Assembly: GCA_965223505.1 (NCBI GenBank) | Contig: CBDCWP010000010.1 | Span: 1 to 64,000, forward strand | Source of the DNA: Planctomycetota bacterium | GTDB taxonomy: Bacteria; Planctomycetota; PLA2; JAEUHO01 | Direction of reading: 5' to 3' | DNA: 64,000 bases | Part shown: piece by piece, positions 38,628-51,199 of the stretch | Numbering within the stretch: the stretch's first letter is position 1 | How the letters are laid out: each line of letters begins with the position of its first letter | The notes under the pieces: generated by a model | The model's database searches: none | The model's input: only the letters and a program-made list of their open reading frames with translations | What the model was told of the DNA's origin: nothing | Made by a program: the position numbers and the translations under genes

Positions 38628-39091
38628 GTCGCCATCTTGACGACGTGGTCGAACTCGGCCTTGCGCACGGGCTGCACCGACAGCCGCGCGCCGCGCTGAA
38701 CGACCATCATCTTCGCGAGCTTCTTTTCGCCCTTCAGCGCCGAGAGCTCGACCACCTCGTCGAACTTGCGCACGAACGTCACGTCCACGACGTACCAGCG
38801 CGGGTCGTCCTTGCTCGACTTCGCGTCGTAGTACTTCGACTTCTTGTCGAACTGCTCGGGGTCCGGGTAGCCGGCGCGCGTCACCTTGGCGATTCCGGCC
38901 ACGCCCATGGGCTTCGCGTTGCTGTGGTAGTAGAGGACCTCGTCGCCCTTCTGGATCTCGTCGCGCAACAGATTGCGCGCCTGGTAGTTGCGAACGCCCT
39001 CCCAGTACGTCGTCTGCTTCGGCGCCTTCCTCAGGTCGTCGATGCTGAACACGTCGGGCTCGCTCTTGAACAGCCAGTACTTCTTCGCCAC
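38624..39091 (-). CDS. EVE domain protein (PUA-like)
   Basis: YWLFKSEP, WEGVRNYQARN, YYHSN, YYD.KS....PRW, RLSVQPV. Confidence 0.95.
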   Translation of the reverse strand: MAKKYWLFKSEPDVFSIDDLRKAPKQTTYWEGVRNYQARNLLRDEIQKGDEVLYYHSNAKPMGVAGIAKVTRAGYPDPEQFDKKSKYYDAKSSKDDPRWYVVDVTFVRKFDEVVELSALKGEKKLAKMMVVQRGARLSVQPVRKAEFDHVVKMAT

Positions 39092-39126
39092 AGGTCGGTC
39101 TCCGTCGGGCGCCACACGGTACCGGA

Positions 39127-40203
39127 TCAGGCGAAGAATGTAGACGCCGCCTCGGCGTGCGGCAGCGGCTCCGGAATGTCGAGCTTCGGCTCGTTCTGAA
39201 TCCACCACTGCTGCGCCGCCTCCGGCGACCACACGCCGGCGTCCGGACACGCCTCGAGCGCGTGCAACACGGCGCCCGCCGTCGGCGGCCGCGCGTCCGG
39301 CACCTTTTCCAGGCACTGCATCACCAACCGCTCGAGCGTGGGCTCGATGTCGCGCCCGGTGCGCTCGCTCAGCGGCTCCGGCGCGTCCTTGATGTGCTTG
39401 CGCAGGATCTCGATGTCCGTTTCGCCGCGAAACACGTGATCCCCGGCGAGCATGAAGTACGCGACGGCGCCGATGGCGTACAGGTCCTGGCGGCCGTCGT
39501 GCCGGAAGGCGGGCGACAGCGCTTCGGGCGCCATGTAATGCGGCGTGCCGCTGATGTGCTTCGGCATGTCCTCCTCGATGTCGTCGGCCACGTTCTTGAC
39601 GAGCCCGAAGTCGAGCACCTTGAGCCAGTCGTACACTCCGCCGCGAACGCACAACATCAAGTTGCCCGGCTTGATGTCGCGGTGGATGAGCCGTACGCCG
39701 TGCGCCTCGCTCAACGAGCCGCAGAGCTGACGCAGCACGTGGATCGTGCGGCTCTCTCCGAACGGCCCCGTCTTCGCGATGATCCGTTCGAGCGACGCGC
39801 CCGCGAGGTACTCCATCGCGTAGTAGAAACGGCCGTCACGCGTTCGTCCGTGGTCGTAGATCGCGACGGTGTTCGGATGGCGAAGCTGCGCCGTCAGCTG
39901 AACCTCCTGTTCGAAGTAGCTGATCGCCTCCTCGTCGGCGACGTTCATGCGCAACGCCTTGACCGCGGCGGGGCGAGCCAGCTGCGCGTGACGCGCGAGG
40001 TACACCTCGCCCATGCCGCCGTCGCCGATCTTGCGCTCGAGCGTGTAAGGCCCGAGGCGCGACGGGGAGACGCCGCCGTTTCCCGGCCTCGAGCCGCGCC
40101 GGCGCAGCCACCAGAGGACGAAAGTCGCCGTCGAGGCGACGAGCACGCCCACGAGCACCGAAGCGGGATCCAGGGCGGCCGGGGTCGGAAGAGGTGCGGG
40201 CAT
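39127..40203 (-). CDS. Hanks-type Ser/Thr protein kinase with N-terminal TM segment
   Basis: IGDGGMGEVY, AVK, HRDIKPGN, DFG, GTPHYMAPE. Confidence 0.95.
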   Translation of the reverse strand: MPAPLPTPAALDPASVLVGVLVASTATFVLWWLRRRGSRPGNGGVSPSRLGPYTLERKIGDGGMGEVYLARHAQLARPAAVKALRMNVADEEAISYFEQEVQLTAQLRHPNTVAIYDHGRTRDGRFYYAMEYLAGASLERIIAKTGPFGESRTIHVLRQLCGSLSEAHGVRLIHRDIKPGNLMLCVRGGVYDWLKVLDFGLVKNVADDIEEDMPKHISGTPHYMAPEALSPAFRHDGRQDLYAIGAVAYFMLAGDHVFRGETDIEILRKHIKDAPEPLSERTGRDIEPTLERLVMQCLEKVPDARPPTAGAVLHALEACPDAGVWSPEAAQQWWIQNEPKLDIPEPLPHAEAASTFFA

Positions 40204-40271
40204 GCGGCGCAGAGGATACCCGTTTGGCTGATGACCGTCGGGAAGCACGGGTTGGTACGATTGCCCGCGTG

Positions 40272-41696
40272 ATGCATCGCACCCTTTGTCTCGTGGTCGT
40301 TCTCGCCGTCTCCCCGCCCGCCCGCGCGGACGAGTCGCCCGCCAAGGGCGCCGCGCACGCCGTTCCGAAGGTGGACGGCATGGTCTTCGTCGGCGTCAAC
40401 GAGCACGGCGCGGAGGAGTGGTATCGCGTCATCGACGAGGCCATCGTGATCCGGATTCCCGGCGGTCCGTTCCTCGAGCGGCCCTACGAGGCCCAAGGGA
40501 CGACCGAGGATCCGAAGCCCTCCAACGTCGCGTCGTTCTTCGTCGACAAGCACGAGGTGACCAACGCGCAGTTCGTCCGGTTTCTCAACGCGGTCGTTCC
40601 GAACGGACGCACATCGCTCTCGAAAGACGGACCTGCGCTGTTGGTGCCGCCCGCGGAGAAGCGATGGGCGCACATCCTGCGCGCGGTCAACGACGGGAAG
40701 GAGCACCCGTCCGACGGCTGGCGCGTCGTCCCCGGCCGTGAGTCGCATCCGGCCACGATGGCGACGGGACACGGCGCGCTGCAATACGCGAAGTGGGTTC
40801 GGGGCCGCATTCCCGAGCGCAGGGAGTGGGAGAAGGCGGCGGGCGGACCGAAAGGGCTGATCTATCCGTGGGGCGATGCGCCGCCCGACGCGACCCGCGC
40901 GAACTTCGGCGGCGTCGATGCGAAAGGCACGTTACCCGTCGGCTCGCGGCCCGACGGCGCGTCGCCCTACGGCGTCATGGACATGGCCGGCAACGCGTAC
41001 GAGCGCGTCATGACGATTCGCAACAACCAGAGCCTTCCCGTCATGATCAAGGGCGGCGCCTGGGTCTCGCCGCATCCCCTCAACCTGCGGGTGAGCGACA
41101 TGTGCGTCCAGCCGATGCAGGTTGCGGATCGAAGTGTCGGGTTCCGGTGCGCGATGGACGATCCGCAGCCGGACCGCGCCTCGATGCCCGAAGATGCGTC
41201 GCCTGTCTTGCGGCTCGAGAGCGACTTCAGCGACGCCGTCGAACGCGCGCAGGAAGAGCGCAAGCCGATCTTCCTGTCGCTGATGTACGAAACCTGCGGC
41301 CAGTGCGACCGGGTGCGTGCCCAGCTCTATCGCGATCCGCTGTTCATCGCGTACTGCAACGAGTACATGGTCGTCGTGTTCGGCCTGCAGGCCGGCGACG
41401 CCACCACCCGTGGCTACAAGCCCAAGGACCGTCCGCTGCATCCGGACATCGAGCAGTGGGAGCACCACCATCTCTTCAGCCGCGGCATCGCGGTGGTCGA
41501 GGGCTTCCAGGTTTCGCCGGGGAACTTCGTGCTGCATCCCGATCGCGCCGCGCCCGGCGCCGGAGAGAAGGCCCTGCTCGTCTCGGAGCGCGAGCTACCG
41601 AAGTGGGGCGGCGCCACGGACACGTACCTGCGCGCGTTCGATCGCGCGCGCAAGGCGTTGGCCGCGGAGGACGCGAAAGCCTCCGAGAAAAAGTGA
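40272..41696 (+). CDS. Exported FGE-sulfatase (SUMF1)-domain protein with C-terminal thioredoxin-like CxxC domain
   Basis: Signal peptide; EVTNAQF, EWEKAA, YPWG, DMAGN, GFRC; then KPIFL...CGQC. Confidence 0.85.
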   Translation: MHRTLCLVVVLAVSPPARADESPAKGAAHAVPKVDGMVFVGVNEHGAEEWYRVIDEAIVIRIPGGPFLERPYEAQGTTEDPKPSNVASFFVDKHEVTNAQFVRFLNAVVPNGRTSLSKDGPALLVPPAEKRWAHILRAVNDGKEHPSDGWRVVPGRESHPATMATGHGALQYAKWVRGRIPERREWEKAAGGPKGLIYPWGDAPPDATRANFGGVDAKGTLPVGSRPDGASPYGVMDMAGNAYERVMTIRNNQSLPVMIKGGAWVSPHPLNLRVSDMCVQPMQVADRSVGFRCAMDDPQPDRASMPEDASPVLRLESDFSDAVERAQEERKPIFLSLMYETCGQCDRVRAQLYRDPLFIAYCNEYMVVVFGLQAGDATTRGYKPKDRPLHPDIEQWEHHHLFSRGIAVVEGFQVSPGNFVLHPDRAAPGAGEKALLVSERELPKWGGATDTYLRAFDRARKALAAEDAKASEKK

Positions 41697-41735
41697 ACCG
41701 GAAACGGGTGTGACGGGCACTCCACACCAGACGCG

Positions 41736-44465
41736 ATGAAGCACCCCAACGACGTCATCGACCGCGACGTGCTCGTGAGCCACATGGACGGTGTGCGCCG
41801 GCTCGCGCGCAGCCTCGTTCGAGACGACACCACGGCCGACGACGTCGTGCAGGAGGCCATGGTCGCGGCACTCGAGACCCGACGACCGGTCAAGCACAGC
41901 GTGAAGGCGTGGCTGTCGGGCGTGGTGCGCAACGTCGTTCGCCGCGATCATCGAAGCGCATCGAGGCGGTCCGCGCGCGAGGAGGCCGCCGCGAAGCCCG
42001 AGGCAACGCCGTCGGTGGCGGAAGCCGTCGTGCAGGCCGCGGAGCAGAGCCGCATCCTCGACATGGTCGTCAACATGGCGGAGCCGTACCGCTCGGCGAT
42101 TCTGCTGCGCTTCGTGCAAGATCTGCCGCCGCGCGCCGTCGCCGAGCAGCTCGGCCTGCCGGTCGAAACGGTGCGCACGCAGGTCAAGCGCGGCCTCGCG
42201 CAGCTGCGCGGCGAGCTCGACCGCCGGCACGGCGGACGCGCGAGGTGGATGGGGGTGTTGTCGGTCGTCGCGTCCGGGCCGGCCCTCGGAAAGGTCGCGC
42301 CGAAGGTGGGATCGGCGAGCGGCGCGAAGATCGCGGTGTCGGCCGTGGTCGTCGCGGCGATCGGGTTCACCGCGTGGTGGTCCTGGACCCTGGCGTTTCC
42401 CGAAGAGGATCCCGTTCCGGACGAATTCGAGCTGGACGACGGCAGGTCGCTGGTCGCCGACACGCCGGAACAGCCGCCCGAGATCGTGCTGAAGCCGTTG
42501 ACGGCCGATACGCCGAAGGGCGACGAGGGTGTCGTCGTCGATACGGATCCGCCGCCGCAGTTGATCGTCGAGAGCGAGGTTGAGGCCGAGAAGAGCGAGG
42601 ATCGTCCCCAGCCGGAGGGCGCGACGCCGACGCCGCGGCTGCAGCCGACGAACACGTCGAAGCCCGATGTCGTCAAGCCCGAGCCGGACCGCTTGCGCGA
42701 TCGACCGCTCGGCTCGCTGCAGGCCGACACGACCGGCGGGCTCGTCGAGATTCCCGAAGGCAACGTCTGGATCGGCACGCCGCTTCGGTGGGTCGAAGGA
42801 CGTGCCGGGGCGCTTGGCGGACGCAACGTGCCGAGCGGCCTCTTCATGGAGACGCCGCGGCATCTCGCAGCCGTCGGCGCGTTCAGCATCGATCGCTACG
42901 AGGTGACCAACGCGCAGTACCACCGCTTCCTGATCGAGTCGTCGCGTGTCGAGTACGAGGTGCGCGAGCGCAATGAGACGCTCGATCGCGTCGCGGAAAA
43001 GCTCGTCCGGCGCGACGTGCCGGCGAACCTCGACTGGGACCACACGGTCTACCAGCTGTACCGAACGAACTTCGCGACGCTGCACGCGCAGGATCCCGGG
43101 TCGGTGCGGCTCGATCCCGAGACGAAGCTTCCGGACTTCGAGCGCACGTTCGAGGTGTTCCGCAAGCGGGCGCTTCGTCGCCGCACGATGTTGCTCTTCT
43201 ACGATCGCCCTCCGCCGGGGCACTGGCCGTCCGATCGCTACGAGGTGGGCTCCGCCAACCAACCCGTGCGCTTCGTCTCCCAGCGCGAGGCGGCGGCGTT
43301 CGCCAACTGGGCCGGCAAGCACCTGCCGACCGAGCTCGAATGGGAATATGCGTCACGCGGCGCGGACGGCTGGGCGTATCCATGGGGCGGTCGCGCGACC
43401 GGGTTCGCGACCCGGGTGAACGGTGGAGGCGCGCGCAACCCCGGCGAGGCGCCGTTCACCGTCGACGTCGACCAGCTCGAAGGCGGCGTGTCGATCTTCG
43501 GGATCTACAACACGCTCGGGAACGTGTCGGAGTGGACCAGCTCGGTGCTCACACGGTATCCCGAGTCCACGGCGGCGCACTGGAGAGAGGGACGGGTCGT
43601 CGTGGTTCGCGGCGGATCGGCGGCCGACCAGGACCGCCTCGTGGTGCGTCCCGCATTCCGCGGCTGGCGTGGCGACGAGCCGCTGCCGAACCGACGGCGC
43701 GAGTGGACCGGGTTCCGCTGTGCGCTCTACGCCGAACCGGCGCGCAGCCGTCTGCCGGACCTTCAGACGCTGCTCTCCGCGACGCGCACGTTGCCCGCCG
43801 ACGCGCTCGATCTCGACAGCTACGCCGGCGCCGAAGCGACGGCGCTCGTGCAACCGGGCGCGGCGGTGGAGAACGCGATCTTCGTCACCAACCAGGCGTA
43901 CGCGGTGCTCGGCGCGACGCTGCGATCCGTCGGTACGACGACGTCGAAGCCGACGCGCTTCAGTGTCACGAAGACGCACGCGCTGCGTGAGACCGATCAT
44001 CTGCTGGCCGAGAGCGAGAAACGGGTGCCCGTCGTCTTCGGCATGATCTACACGGACGTGCCGATCACGAGCGTGTTCGGAAGCGGCGGCAAGCCGTTCG
44101 ATCTGCCCAAGACGTCGATGCCGCGCCGCGTCGCGCCGCCCGGCGCCTACCTCGTCGGCTTGTATCTACAGCGCCTGGTCCTGATGCCGTTCGACGGCGA
44201 TCTCTTCTACATCTCCCGCAAGCCCGTGCCCAAGAGCGTCGTCAATGTCGTGAAGCGCTCGGCGCCCCGCCGGGGGGAGCCGAGCGGCGAGGTCGTGTTC
44301 CGCATGTTGGAGAGCGCCGATCTGCTCCGCTTCGAGATGACCCTTCCGCTGGGCGGCGGCGCGCCGGACGGGACCGTCGTCGTCGTTCGCTTCCAGCTCG
44401 GTACCGAACGTCGTGCATTGCGCGACGCGCAGCAGTTCGCCCGTTGGCAGTTCCATCCGAGGTAG
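41736..44465 (+). CDS. ECF sigma factor fused via a TM helix to an FGE-like domain
   Basis: Sigma2 (ADDVVQEA, AWLSGVVRN) and sigma4 (AEQLGLPVETVRTQVKRGL); TM IAVSAVVVAAIGFTAWWSW; Pro-rich linker; YEVTNAQY, LPTE.EWEYA, GNVSEW, RGGS, GFRC. Confidence 0.85.
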   Translation: MKHPNDVIDRDVLVSHMDGVRRLARSLVRDDTTADDVVQEAMVAALETRRPVKHSVKAWLSGVVRNVVRRDHRSASRRSAREEAAAKPEATPSVAEAVVQAAEQSRILDMVVNMAEPYRSAILLRFVQDLPPRAVAEQLGLPVETVRTQVKRGLAQLRGELDRRHGGRARWMGVLSVVASGPALGKVAPKVGSASGAKIAVSAVVVAAIGFTAWWSWTLAFPEEDPVPDEFELDDGRSLVADTPEQPPEIVLKPLTADTPKGDEGVVVDTDPPPQLIVESEVEAEKSEDRPQPEGATPTPRLQPTNTSKPDVVKPEPDRLRDRPLGSLQADTTGGLVEIPEGNVWIGTPLRWVEGRAGALGGRNVPSGLFMETPRHLAAVGAFSIDRYEVTNAQYHRFLIESSRVEYEVRERNETLDRVAEKLVRRDVPANLDWDHTVYQLYRTNFATLHAQDPGSVRLDPETKLPDFERTFEVFRKRALRRRTMLLFYDRPPPGHWPSDRYEVGSANQPVRFVSQREAAAFANWAGKHLPTELEWEYASRGADGWAYPWGGRATGFATRVNGGGARNPGEAPFTVDVDQLEGGVSIFGIYNTLGNVSEWTSSVLTRYPESTAAHWREGRVVVVRGGSAADQDRLVVRPAFRGWRGDEPLPNRRREWTGFRCALYAEPARSRLPDLQTLLSATRTLPADALDLDSYAGAEATALVQPGAAVENAIFVTNQAYAVLGATLRSVGTTTSKPTRFSVTKTHALRETDHLLAESEKRVPVVFGMIYTDVPITSVFGSGGKPFDLPKTSMPRRVAPPGAYLVGLYLQRLVLMPFDGDLFYISRKPVPKSVVNVVKRSAPRRGEPSGEVVFRMLESADLLRFEMTLPLGGGAPDGTVVVVRFQLGTERRALRDAQQFARWQFHPR

Positions 44466-44468
44466 CCG

Positions 44469-46700
44469 GTGGACCGCAGGACGCTCTCCGTACTCCTCGC
44501 CGCGGTCGCGCTCGCCGCGCTCTGCATCTGGCTCTTGCTGGGTCGCGACGACGACGCCCCCGAGCCGCGCTACGCCGAACCGCTTCCCGACCCGGCGCCG
44601 GAACGCATGCTCGAAGGGGAGCCGGATGCGAAACCCGCGCCGGTTCACCCCATCGTCGAGCCCGAGCCGGTTGCGAAGAAGCCGGACGTCGAGCTCAGGG
44701 ATCCGCTGGATCCGAACGAGCCGCCGAAGGACCCGCCGGTCGTCGTCGCAGAGGACGACCCGAAGAAGAAGAAGGACACGGGTACGACCGGCGTCGTCTC
44801 GGGCTCCGGCCCACGCTCGCCACCGAACCGCGAACCCCTGGACGGCAACGGGGGCATGGTCTGGATCGAACCGGTTCACAGCATGCGCTTCGGCGCGCCG
44901 AAGGTGGACACGATCGGGCGCACGAATCGCATGGGAGAGCGCGGGCCGGTCAACTACCAGTCGGAGTGGCCGCAGCACACGAAGGATCTGCGCAAGTACG
45001 CGATCGATCTCTACGAGGTGACGAACGCGCAGTACCACCGCTACCTGACCGAAGCGGCCCAGATCACCTACATCACCGACCGCAACGAATGGGACTACGA
45101 CACCCAGACGCCGGTGCCGCCACTGGTCAAGATCGCGACGGTGATCGTGACGGAGCTGCTGCCGGACGGCAAGGAGTGGGTCGTGCCGAGGGGGCTGGAG
45201 TGGTACGAGGTCGCCCGGCAGCTCTACGAGACGAACAAGGACACGCTGCACCGGGTGTATCCGGCCCTGATGCAGTTCGACAACAAGACGGAGGCGTTCG
45301 ATCCGGAGGCGACCTGGGAGGCGTTCCTGAACAAGGAGCTTCGCAACGACATCGAGCTGCGGTTCTACGACCGCGCGCCACCGGGGTCGTGGCCCGAGAG
45401 CAAGTATGCGCCGGGCATGGGCGCCCATCCGGTTCGCGACATCACGTTCGAGGAGGCGCAGGCATTCGCGCACTGGGCCGGCAAGCACGTGCCCAACGAG
45501 TACGAGTGGGAGTACGCGGCACGCGGTCCCGCCGGACTCGAGTTTCCCTGGGGGCGCAAGTCGGTCGGCTTCGCCGACGTCGTCAACGGCGGAACGCCGC
45601 TCGAAGAGGGCGCCAAGCCGAAGACGCAGCACATCACGACCAACGTGGGCGGGATCTCGTGGGCCGGATGCTTCCACATGCTCGGTAACGTCTCCGAGTG
45701 GACCGGCTCGCGCTTCCGGCCGTATCCCGACTGGGTGCAGGAGTTCAACCTGACACGCGCGCCGTGGGCCGCGCTCGAGCACGTCGGACGCGCCATGGTG
45801 ATCCGCGGAGGCAGCGCCGCCGACGAGTACATGGAGCTCGTGTCCACGACGTCGCGCGGCTACCAGCGCGTTACCAAGGCGTTCGAGAAGTACATCAAAG
45901 ACACCTTCGGGGACGAGCGTCGTCTGGAGTACGAACCCCTGCCGAAGCGCCGGCTGCAGTGGTCGGGATTCCGCTGTGCCCTCTACGAGGAACCTGCGCG
46001 CAGCCGCTTGCCCGAGATCGAGTACCTGCTGACGCAGGCGAACCGCGTGCGGTACGGCGACTTCGACGAGGACGGCTACGCAGGAGCGGAGGTGAGCTTC
46101 GCGGGTGGCCCGGGGCACGCGCCGGAGGACGGGGTCTACGTGTTGCACGCGGCGCACACGTTCGTCTCCCTGCCGGCCAAGAAGCCCCGCTATCCGACCG
46201 GCGCGACGGGGGCCGTGCCCAAGATCGAGGACGACGAGTCGTTGCTCGAAGCCGGCGCGACGGACACGCCGCTCTTGCTGGGTCTGTTGCAGCTGGATCT
46301 GGAGGCCTACAACCTTCGCACGGTGCGCGACCTCGATCCGATGCAGCCGCCGTCGCGTTATCTGGAGGAGCCGCTGCCGGGCGACGTGTACGTGATCGCC
46401 GTGTTGTGGAAGCACCTGGCGTTGCTCTCGCCGGACCTGCGGACGGTCTACTATCTCTCCGCCAAGCCGATCACCGGCGGCAATCTCAAGTACCTCAAGC
46501 CCGTGAAGACGGCTGTGTTTCCGAAGTCGAACATCGAGGTGCGACCGCAGCAGAACGACGTGCGCGTGGAGCTGTTCGTGCCGCTCGACAAGGAAGAGGA
46601 GGACGGCCCGCAGGCGCAGATTCGCGTGCGGTTCCACCTCGAGATCGAGCGCAACCTGCTTCGTCGGATCGGCGAGTGGCAGCTGCACCGAAGCCGCTGA
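44469..46700 (+). CDS. Membrane-anchored FGE-like domain protein, paralogue of the C-terminal part of the upstream gene
   Basis: N-terminal TM, Pro-rich linker; shared YEVTNAQYHR, FYDR.PPG.WP, WAGKH.P, GFRCALY.EPARSRLP. Confidence 0.85.
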   Translation: MDRRTLSVLLAAVALAALCIWLLLGRDDDAPEPRYAEPLPDPAPERMLEGEPDAKPAPVHPIVEPEPVAKKPDVELRDPLDPNEPPKDPPVVVAEDDPKKKKDTGTTGVVSGSGPRSPPNREPLDGNGGMVWIEPVHSMRFGAPKVDTIGRTNRMGERGPVNYQSEWPQHTKDLRKYAIDLYEVTNAQYHRYLTEAAQITYITDRNEWDYDTQTPVPPLVKIATVIVTELLPDGKEWVVPRGLEWYEVARQLYETNKDTLHRVYPALMQFDNKTEAFDPEATWEAFLNKELRNDIELRFYDRAPPGSWPESKYAPGMGAHPVRDITFEEAQAFAHWAGKHVPNEYEWEYAARGPAGLEFPWGRKSVGFADVVNGGTPLEEGAKPKTQHITTNVGGISWAGCFHMLGNVSEWTGSRFRPYPDWVQEFNLTRAPWAALEHVGRAMVIRGGSAADEYMELVSTTSRGYQRVTKAFEKYIKDTFGDERRLEYEPLPKRRLQWSGFRCALYEEPARSRLPEIEYLLTQANRVRYGDFDEDGYAGAEVSFAGGPGHAPEDGVYVLHAAHTFVSLPAKKPRYPTGATGAVPKIEDDESLLEAGATDTPLLLGLLQLDLEAYNLRTVRDLDPMQPPSRYLEEPLPGDVYVIAVLWKHLALLSPDLRTVYYLSAKPITGGNLKYLKPVKTAVFPKSNIEVRPQQNDVRVELFVPLDKEEEDGPQAQIRVRFHLEIERNLLRRIGEWQLHRSR

Positions 46701-46746
46701 CCCCCGCGCGACGACGCACGCGGGGGTCGAACCGCAGCCCCGGCTC

Positions 46747-47549
46747 CTAGGGCAGGTTGTCCGCGATGAAGCTGATCACGTCGGCGATGTCCGTGCGCGT
46801 GTAGAAGCCCGTCCCGGTGCACTTGGCGTCGCCCCACGACGTGACGCCGACGACGACCCACTCGCCCGTGTCGGGATCCTGCCGCATGAGCGGACCGCCG
46901 GAGTCGCCGAAGCAGGAGCCACCGTTCGTGCTGTGCAGGTTCTGCGCCATGTTGACGTGTCGCGGAAGCAGCTGCTTCACTTTGGAGTCCACGTAGCGCC
47001 GGCGGAACGGCACGTCGAGCGTGGGTGTCGGCGGCGCGGTCGGATCCAGGTGCGTGCCGTACCCCGCGGCGCGCAGCGTTCCCTTGAGCGCCCGTGCCTT
47101 CTTGAGCTCGGAGAGCAGACCTTGGTCCGGCAGCGGTGCGGGGTCGATTCCCACGACGGGCGTGACGAGGATGATCAGGCCGACGTCGGTCTGCTCCGAC
47201 GACATCTGGCTCTGCAACCTGAACTTGGGGTGCAAGACCATGCTCTCTACGGGAAGGTTCCCGAGTGTGCCCACGGGCGACGGCACGTTGACCGGTAGGA
47301 AGTTGACGCTCAGCTGATCGATACTCGTCACGCCCGCGTCGATGGCGTTCTGGAACCCCGCAACGCAGTGGCCCGCGGTCAATACGACGCGCGGATGAAT
47401 CAATGTACCGCTGCACAGCTGACCACCCTGTCCGATCCGCAGGACGACGACACACACGTTGTCGTGGATGTTGGTGTCGTCGAGGACGCCCTCGGTGATT
47501 GCGCCGGCCGGAACGGCGAACATGCCGATCAGGCACACCGCCAACATGA
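46747..47549 (-). CDS. Secreted trypsin-like (S1) serine protease
   Basis: [19 protein letters not shown] triad motifs; signal peptide; start may be 47577. Confidence 0.9.
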
Positions 47550-47844
47550 TTCGAATCGAAGTCCTCGTCCGCAACACATCCTCCTATCTCGAACGCGGGA
47601 TCGCGTAGTTTGGTTTGGCCGTCCGGAGATACCGCTTCGCGGAACGAATCGAAAGGGGCAAAGTCAGCCGACAGGCGATGTGGACGCTTCTGCAGTGTCG
47701 ATGTCCATCGAGCGCAACATGGTGCACGTCGCGGGCCGGACACGTTTCGGGTGGTGTGAACTCGGGCTCGGTGTGTACGCTGCGGGTGATGTGAGTGAGG
47801 TGGCCTCTGGGGTTGGCGCGTCTCGGGTCACCCAGCGCATCGGC

Positions 47845-48055
47845 CAGCTCCAGCATCACTTGATGACGCCACCGATTCCGCCGCGCAGACGCCTCGACAC
47901 GGTTCCGTCCGATCTCGAAGACGTGATCTTGCGTTGTCTGGCGAAGGCCCCCGACGATCGCCGCGACGATGCCCGCATGCTGGGGATGCGCTCGGCGCGT
48001 GCGAAGACGCCGATTCGTGGAGCCGCACAGGCGACGAATGTGGTGGAACGGGCAC
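47845..48055 (+). pseudogene. Relic of a Ser/Thr kinase C-terminus
   Basis: [10 protein letters not shown]...[20 protein letters not shown], then a frameshifted [12 protein letters not shown]...WW; parallels the end of kinase 39127-40203. Confidence 0.55.
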
Positions 48056-48208
48056 GGCGAGCTGCGCGCCTCGACCGCGCCGTCTCGTCGGCCCTTTGCC
48101 CCTGGCGGGCGGCGCGAGCGAGCCGGGCGCGTCTTCTCGGGGCGGGCCTCCGGACCGGCGCGGCGAACGAGTGGGGCGGACTCTGTGAGGCGCGCCGCGG
48201 CCGCCTGA

Positions 48209-50590
<2,382 letters not shown>

Positions 50591-50612
50591 CGATCCCGTC
50601 CTGAGGTGAGCG

Positions 50613-51167
50613 ATGCCTGACGCGAGCGCCGTCGCCGGCGTGTCCGACCACGCGGGTTGGGCCGTGGTGGTGTGCGTGGAGGCCGGTCGCGTGCTCGACG
50701 CACGCCGGATCGAGCTGCTCGAGCCCGGCCTGCCGAAGCTTCCGCACCATCACGAGGCGCAGACGCTTCCGATCGGTGAGGCGACGGCGCTCATCGAGCG
50801 GGTGCGCGCATCGGCGGTGTCGTGCGCGAGCACGGCGCTGGACGTGCTGCCTGCGGGTGTCGGCGCGATCGCGATTCGCAAGCGTCCCGCGCTGTCTTCG
50901 AGCCTCGAAGAGCGAATCGGCAACTACTGGGCACAGTGCCGGGCCGACTCGGTAATGTACCGCGACGTGCTTGCCGAGACGGCGCGGGCTCGAGGCTGGA
51001 CGGTGCACGAGTACGACGCGAAGGCGGTCACGGCGGAGGCGGCCGACGTGCTCGGACTCGACGACGTCGCGGCGCACTTGAAGGCGCTCGGCAAGGCGTT
51101 CGCGCCGCCCTGGAACAAGGACCACCGTCTCGCGACCTCCGCCGCCATCGTGGCCGCGGCGAGGTAG
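50613..51167 (+). CDS. Hypothetical protein
   Basis: GAGGTG RBS; directly follows katG; plausible globular composition. Confidence 0.65.
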   Translation: MPDASAVAGVSDHAGWAVVVCVEAGRVLDARRIELLEPGLPKLPHHHEAQTLPIGEATALIERVRASAVSCASTALDVLPAGVGAIAIRKRPALSSSLEERIGNYWAQCRADSVMYRDVLAETARARGWTVHEYDAKAVTAEAADVLGLDDVAAHLKALGKAFAPPWNKDHRLATSAAIVAAAR

Positions 51168-51199
51168 CAGGCGCGCCGGGCGCACGCTACGTTCTGCCC

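Noticed and set aside
40272..46700. Other three FGE-domain genes as additional DGR targets
   Set aside because: Their RGGS...GFRC segments do not match the template at nucleotide level, are not C-terminal and lack the shared 3' flank
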